A DNA stretch of 64,000 bases, taken from positions 68,138,001 through 68,202,000 of the forward strand of contig OZ024740.1 in assembly GCA_964016885.1 (NCBI GenBank), in the 5' to 3' direction. Shown here piece by piece: positions 59,035-64,000 of this stretch. Both the position numbers and the translations under genes were made by a program. Position 1 is the stretch's first letter. Each line of letters opens with the position of its first letter. The stretch comes from Eledone cirrhosa. Its lineage: Eukaryota. The notes beneath the pieces were generated by a model. It ran no database searches and was not told the DNA's origin. It worked only from the letters and a program-made list of their open reading frames with translations.

Positions 59035-59593
59035 GGAGCTGTGTGGTTACTAAAAACAAGGTTTAGAATGGTGGTTAGGACGGAACAGGAGGAGAGAGGA
59101 AGAAAGGAGTTTCCATCATCAGCTGTAAATGTATCCTGAACCAATGTTTCGGCGCTGAATTACAGGACATAGGTGTAGTTGGGGTGCGTCCGAGGCCTTT
59201 TATTATTCAAAAGGCCAGGTGGAAAAGGAGAGAGAAAAAGAGAGAACAAAAGGAGAGAGAAAATGAAAGAGAGGGAAAGGAGGAAAAACATGGAGGAAAA
59301 CGATGAGGAGAGAGGGAGAGGGGAGAAAGGGAAGACAAAAATGGGACAGATACCATCGTGGGAAGACACAGGTGAAATAAGAACACTGGAAGGTAATATC
59401 CGTAGTGGTAGAGCACTCAGTCCATGGGACGAGATAGGTAGAAATGGTTACACAACAGTTAGTTCACCATAACGAGAACAATTGTTTCACCTTAGCGTAT
59501 CCTCAGCTCGTAATTACGAGGATTATGAGCTGATGATCCACTAAGGTGAAACATTTGTTCTCGGTATGGTGAACTAACTGTTGTGTAACAACT
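59035..59593. mobile_element. Family A terminal repeat as an inverted pair (long minus arm to ~59512, short plus arm 59525-59593)
   Basis: Matches 18830-18953; HHR-like motifs face outward on both arms. Confidence 0.85.
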
Positions 59594-59664
59594 TATATAT
59601 ATATAGCCCGTAGGACTATAATCAAATTCGAGGATACACTTTGGACGCGTAAAAACACACCCAA

Positions 59665-61390
59665 CAATTTCGACGTTACAATGGGTTCGAGTGATTTGGC
59701 CCAGGTAACTGATCTTGTTGGGCTGTTCCTCCTAAATGAACTGTATGTTACCTTTCCGCACCTTAAAGGTGGACTTTATTGTGACGATGCATTGTTTGTG
59801 ATAAACTCTAGCACCAACAATATTGAGCATAATAGGAAGAAACTTTATAAATGTTTTTTAAGTTTTAACCTTTCGATCACGATTGATAGAAATGATAGAG
59901 CGGTCAACTTTTTAGATGTGACTTTGGACTTGGTCACTAATAGTTATAAACCCTTCCATAAGCCAAATGAAATACTCTCTTATGTTAATCCCAGTTCTAA
60001 CCACCCCAAATCTATGACTAGCTCTATAATTAACGGTGTATCTAATAGAATTTCCACACTCTCTAAGGATATAGGAATATTGAATTCACATGCAGAGTAC
60101 TATAATAATGCCCTAGCTAACTCTGGTTACTCTGGTAAAATACGTTATAATGAGAACAACCTTAGAAAGTCTCCGTTTACCCATAATAATAATAACGTAA
60201 TTTCCCATAATATGGCCATGAATGGGAGTAGAAAGCATAGGAATCGTAGAAATCCCATAGGTGTATCCGAACCCATCCATAGGTTAAGCTACCGTAATCG
60301 TAATAGTGAGTCTAATGGTACACTTTTCGGGATTAGTTCTAGGGAACAAGATAGGCACTCTGATCGCTCACCCAGTGGTTGTTTTTACTAATTCTAATAG
60401 TTTTGTTTCAACTGATCCTGGTAGTAACCCTAATCCTATTGATATGATTCCAGATAACAGTAGATATACTAAAGGTAGAAACAGAAGGAGACTCAATGGG
60501 GTTTTGGCTGCTTCTAATAATGTTGTTTCAACTAGTCCTCGCAGTAACCCTGATCCTATTAATGGGATACTGGATAACGGTAGAGTTCGTAAGGATAGAA
60601 ATAGGAGGAGACTCAATACTTATTTTAACCCGCCTTATGATCATGAAGTGTTAACTAACATCCCTAGGTCTTTCTTTTCTATCTTAGAGAAACATTTCCC
60701 TCCTTCTAATAAATACCATGGTGTTTTTAATAAAAATGTAATTAAACTATCATTCTCTACCACCCCTAATATTAGTTCTCATTTAGCTAGCACTAACAAT
60801 AAGAAAATTAGGGACAGCTACTCCTCTTTGCGTACTACTAATCTTGATAGATCCATTAATGCCTTACCACCTGAGCAGACCTTATCTTATAATAACCCTA
60901 GAAATGATGCATCACTTATTCAGCCGGTAAATAGCACCAGGAAGTGTAACTGTAGAGTAAGTATTAACTGCCCTTTAAATGGTCACTGCCTCTCTAGGAA
61001 CATTGTTTATGCTTGTGAAGTTAAGACTGATTCTTCTAATAGCACGTATATAGGTTGCACATCAAATACTTTTAAAACTACGTTTATATCTCTAATTTTA
61101 AGCATGTTAAGTTTAAGAACTCTACTTCTTTAGCACACCATATCTGGGATCTTAAAGGGGCAGGCATGCCATATAGCCTTAATTGGCGTATAGTAGCACG
61201 CTCTAATAACCTATCAACACACACTAAATTCTGTAATCTCTGTATCCTAGAGACCCGCTCTATAATTTTCTCTAGGGAAGTTTTGCTTAATAGAAAGTCT
61301 GAGATATTTTCTTCCTGCCCCCATGCCATTTCTAATTCTTTCTTCTATTATAGACCTAAAAGTTCTGGTAGTTTAAATCGTATCCATTAG
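59665..61390 (+). pseudogene. PLE reverse transcriptase plus GIY-YIG endonuclease, frameshifted
   Basis: FDVTMGSSDLAQVTDLVGLFLL; GGLYCDDAL; NFLDVTL; SNHP; YYNNALANSGY; YFNPPY; CNCRVSINCPLNGHC; NIVYAC..TYIGCT; CNLCILE; LNRKSE..SCPH. Confidence 0.95.
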
Positions 61391-62860
61391 CTGCTATATT
61401 TCCTTATCTTTTTTGTTTAGGTTCATTTTGATTACCATCATCTTTATTATTATTGGTTTTCTGCGGCTTTTCGATTCTAGTTTCCATGGTCTTTTGGCTA
61501 CCATACCCTGTCTATCGTCTTGGGCATTATTATAGTTTCACTACTAACACCTTATGGGTTTATATCTTATTAAATACTTTGGTTGGTGTCTCATTCAACT
61601 AATGTACCTCCTCCTCTACACACTTAATATCCGCCCCTTCTATTATACTATATATAAATTTCACCTTTATGCTCCTTTTATGATATTATATAATATATGA
61701 ATTTACTTTTATGCTCCTTCCTATCCTCCATAACCTCTCCTCTTTCTGTTCCCATTGGTCTACCATAGTTCTATTTAGAGTCCTTTTATTTGATAACGTT
61801 ATTCGACTGAACGAAGCATATTTTTCTCTATTATTGATAATTTTTTTGAGATATCTTAAACTAATTTTGAAGTGACTAAATATGTATTTTAAATACTTTT
61901 AATATTAATTAATTTAAAAAGGTTTTCTAGTCAAATCTCTGGTCTACATTTCTATCTTTTTTCTTTTACTTAACCGCTTGTGACACCTAAGTAAATATAC
62001 TTGTTTTTGTTTTTCGATCTTCGGTTTATTTTATTTATTATTTTACTACCACACGCTGTTTGTCTGACCATGTAGTTTCATTAATATATGTCTGTATGTC
62101 AACCACGTAAATATATTTTGTAATATTTTGTGATATTTTGGTAATATTTATGCCAATGTATAATGACTTGACCTCCGTGTATTTGTTACAATGGTATAGA
62201 TATTTTTTCAACACAATTTTTTCAACACTATTTAGTTCTATATGATTTTTTCTTACCCTGTGTAAAACTTTATACTATTTGTTAACCTTGAATTATATGT
62301 ATGATGTAATTTTGTATATCTTTGATGCCAATATATTATAATATTGTTATTATAATGTTATTATAATGTTTCTATATTGTTTATGCACACTGACAGGGAA
62401 TTATATATTATATTTTATTTTTATTTTATCTTTATTCTTATTTTTATCTTTATTATATTATACTGTAAACAATATATATATATATATTTAAATACTTAAT
62501 AAGTGTTAGTTTGTATTTGTACTAATGTGTATATCTATTGAGATATATATATATATACATATATTAAGCTTTTTATTATTACCATCTATTATATTATATT
62601 ATATTCTATATCGTACTGTAATTCTCGCATTATACTACCATTTGTGTTTCAAATTTTTACATTATATAATATTTGGAATGTGGGTTCTACATGTTAATCA
62701 CTTCCTTGCTATTTGGTCCATATCTATGTTTGTAACTGCTCACTCTTAATCTTAGCCAACTTTTCCTTAATATCTTTCCTAAGCTTCAATAGATGTATAC
62801 TCCATATTCTTCTGAGTGTTTGGCTTGTATTGGCCGATAGTGCTTCTTGTAGCTTTACTT

Positions 62861-62898
62861 GCCCTGATGAGTCCTTAATAGGACGAAAGATTGTTGGC
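62861..62898 (+). ncRNA. Minimal type I hammerhead in the PLE 3' terminal repeat
   Basis: gcc-CTGATGA-gtcc-ttaata-ggac-GAAA-gattg-TT-ggc; stem III imperfect. Confidence 0.82.
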
Positions 62899-63028
62899 TA
62901 ATAAAGACTTTTGATGTATTGAAGGATTCTTTGGTTTATTTTTTTATAATTCTTCGGCTATATCTTATACTGTCATTTCTATAATATGAAGAGGGTGTTT
63001 AACTCCAACACACTCTAGTATTTTAATT

Positions 63029-63061
<33 letters not shown>

Positions 63062-63064
<3 letters not shown>

Positions 63065-63639
63065 TTCGAGGCTTTTGATATGGAATCGTGTGTCAAAAGA
63101 AATATTTTTATACTTGGGGAGGGTCATATTGTTGTAATAATTGTTACTACTTTTGGCACAAGGCCAGCAATTACACAGTGCATTACTGGTACTTTATTTT
63201 ATCGACCCCGTAAGGATGAAAGGCAAAGTTAACCTCGGCAGAATTTGAACTCAGAATGGCATAATATTGCCAGAAATAATAACAGAACACACTCACTGTT
63301 TGGTTGGTTTCCACTTCTGTATCTTTTATATCTCCAAAGTTAATTCATTTTGTCTTCAATGTTTAACATTGACCGATCAACGGGGTCAAAAATATATATA
63401 TAAACACATATATATATATAGTCTTACAAAGTTCTTTCGTTGCACATATGCAATATCATCAATGGTACTATTATGTTCCTCCTGTTGTATTGTATATCTA
63501 CGGCATTTTTATTTGAGGACCAAATGAATTAACCGTGGAGATATAAAATATACAGAAGTGAAAACCAACCAAACAGTGAGTGTGTCTGTTATTATTTCTG
63601 GCAATATTATTACAACAATATGACCCTCCCCAAGTATAA

Positions 63640-63641
<2 letters not shown>
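63062..63641. mobile_element. Family H inverted composite with a nested SINE
   Basis: 63110-63350 (minus the SINE) is inverted at ~63512-63640; homologous to 43110-43443. Confidence 0.8.
63137..63260 (-). mobile_element. 5'-truncated SINE inserted in family H
   Basis: Interrupts gttgtaataat|attgccag, which is uninterrupted in the opposite arm; short ataat duplication. Confidence 0.85.
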
Positions 63642-63719
<78 letters not shown>

Positions 63720-63814
63720 GATATTAATAAATGGAAACTATATTTAAAATCCATATTTATTTCATTATATTTGCTTCTTGTATCCCAACAATTTAAATAA
63801 AACTTTTGCATATA

Positions 63815-63923
<109 letters not shown>

Positions 63924-64000
63924 TTATATACATATGCATACTTACGTGCATGTATGCATAAATACATAAATTCATACATATCGTGTATGTATATGTATAT

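Larger units (their letters stand above)
59606..63031 (+). mobile_element. 5'-truncated PLE (Naiad-like) with ~1.6-kb 3' region ending HHR-AATAAA...(TA)n
   Basis: Coding remnant, then AT-rich 3' region, HHR at 62861, AATAAA at 62900. Confidence 0.88.

Overview
AT-rich, repeat-saturated eukaryotic non-genic (intergenic or intronic) DNA, most likely from an octopus or other coleoid mollusc (inferred from recalled SINE families and the density of (TA)n/(CA)n/(GA)n tracts). No intact host gene was found, and most ORF-track entries are microsatellite artefacts. Coding remnants all come from transposons: four 5'-truncated Penelope-like elements (PLEs; RT and/or GIY-YIG, Naiad-like), smaller PLE fragments, a Chapaev3-like transposase, an internally deleted mariner and a possible Sola2 remnant. 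There is also a Helitron-type non-autonomous element and about 15 tRNA-derived SINEs. The main hidden structure: much of the apparently unique sequence between (TA)n tracts belongs to about 15 different repeat families, each carrying a type I hammerhead ribozyme (HHR) fold (about 30 motifs read by eye, intact or degenerate). One is a non-coding ~431-bp tandem unit with covarying stems (retrozyme-like). These units are repeatedly arranged as 5'-to-5' inverted pairs, sometimes of unrelated families, with both 3' ends in (TA)n. Coordinates were read by eye and element ends are approximate.
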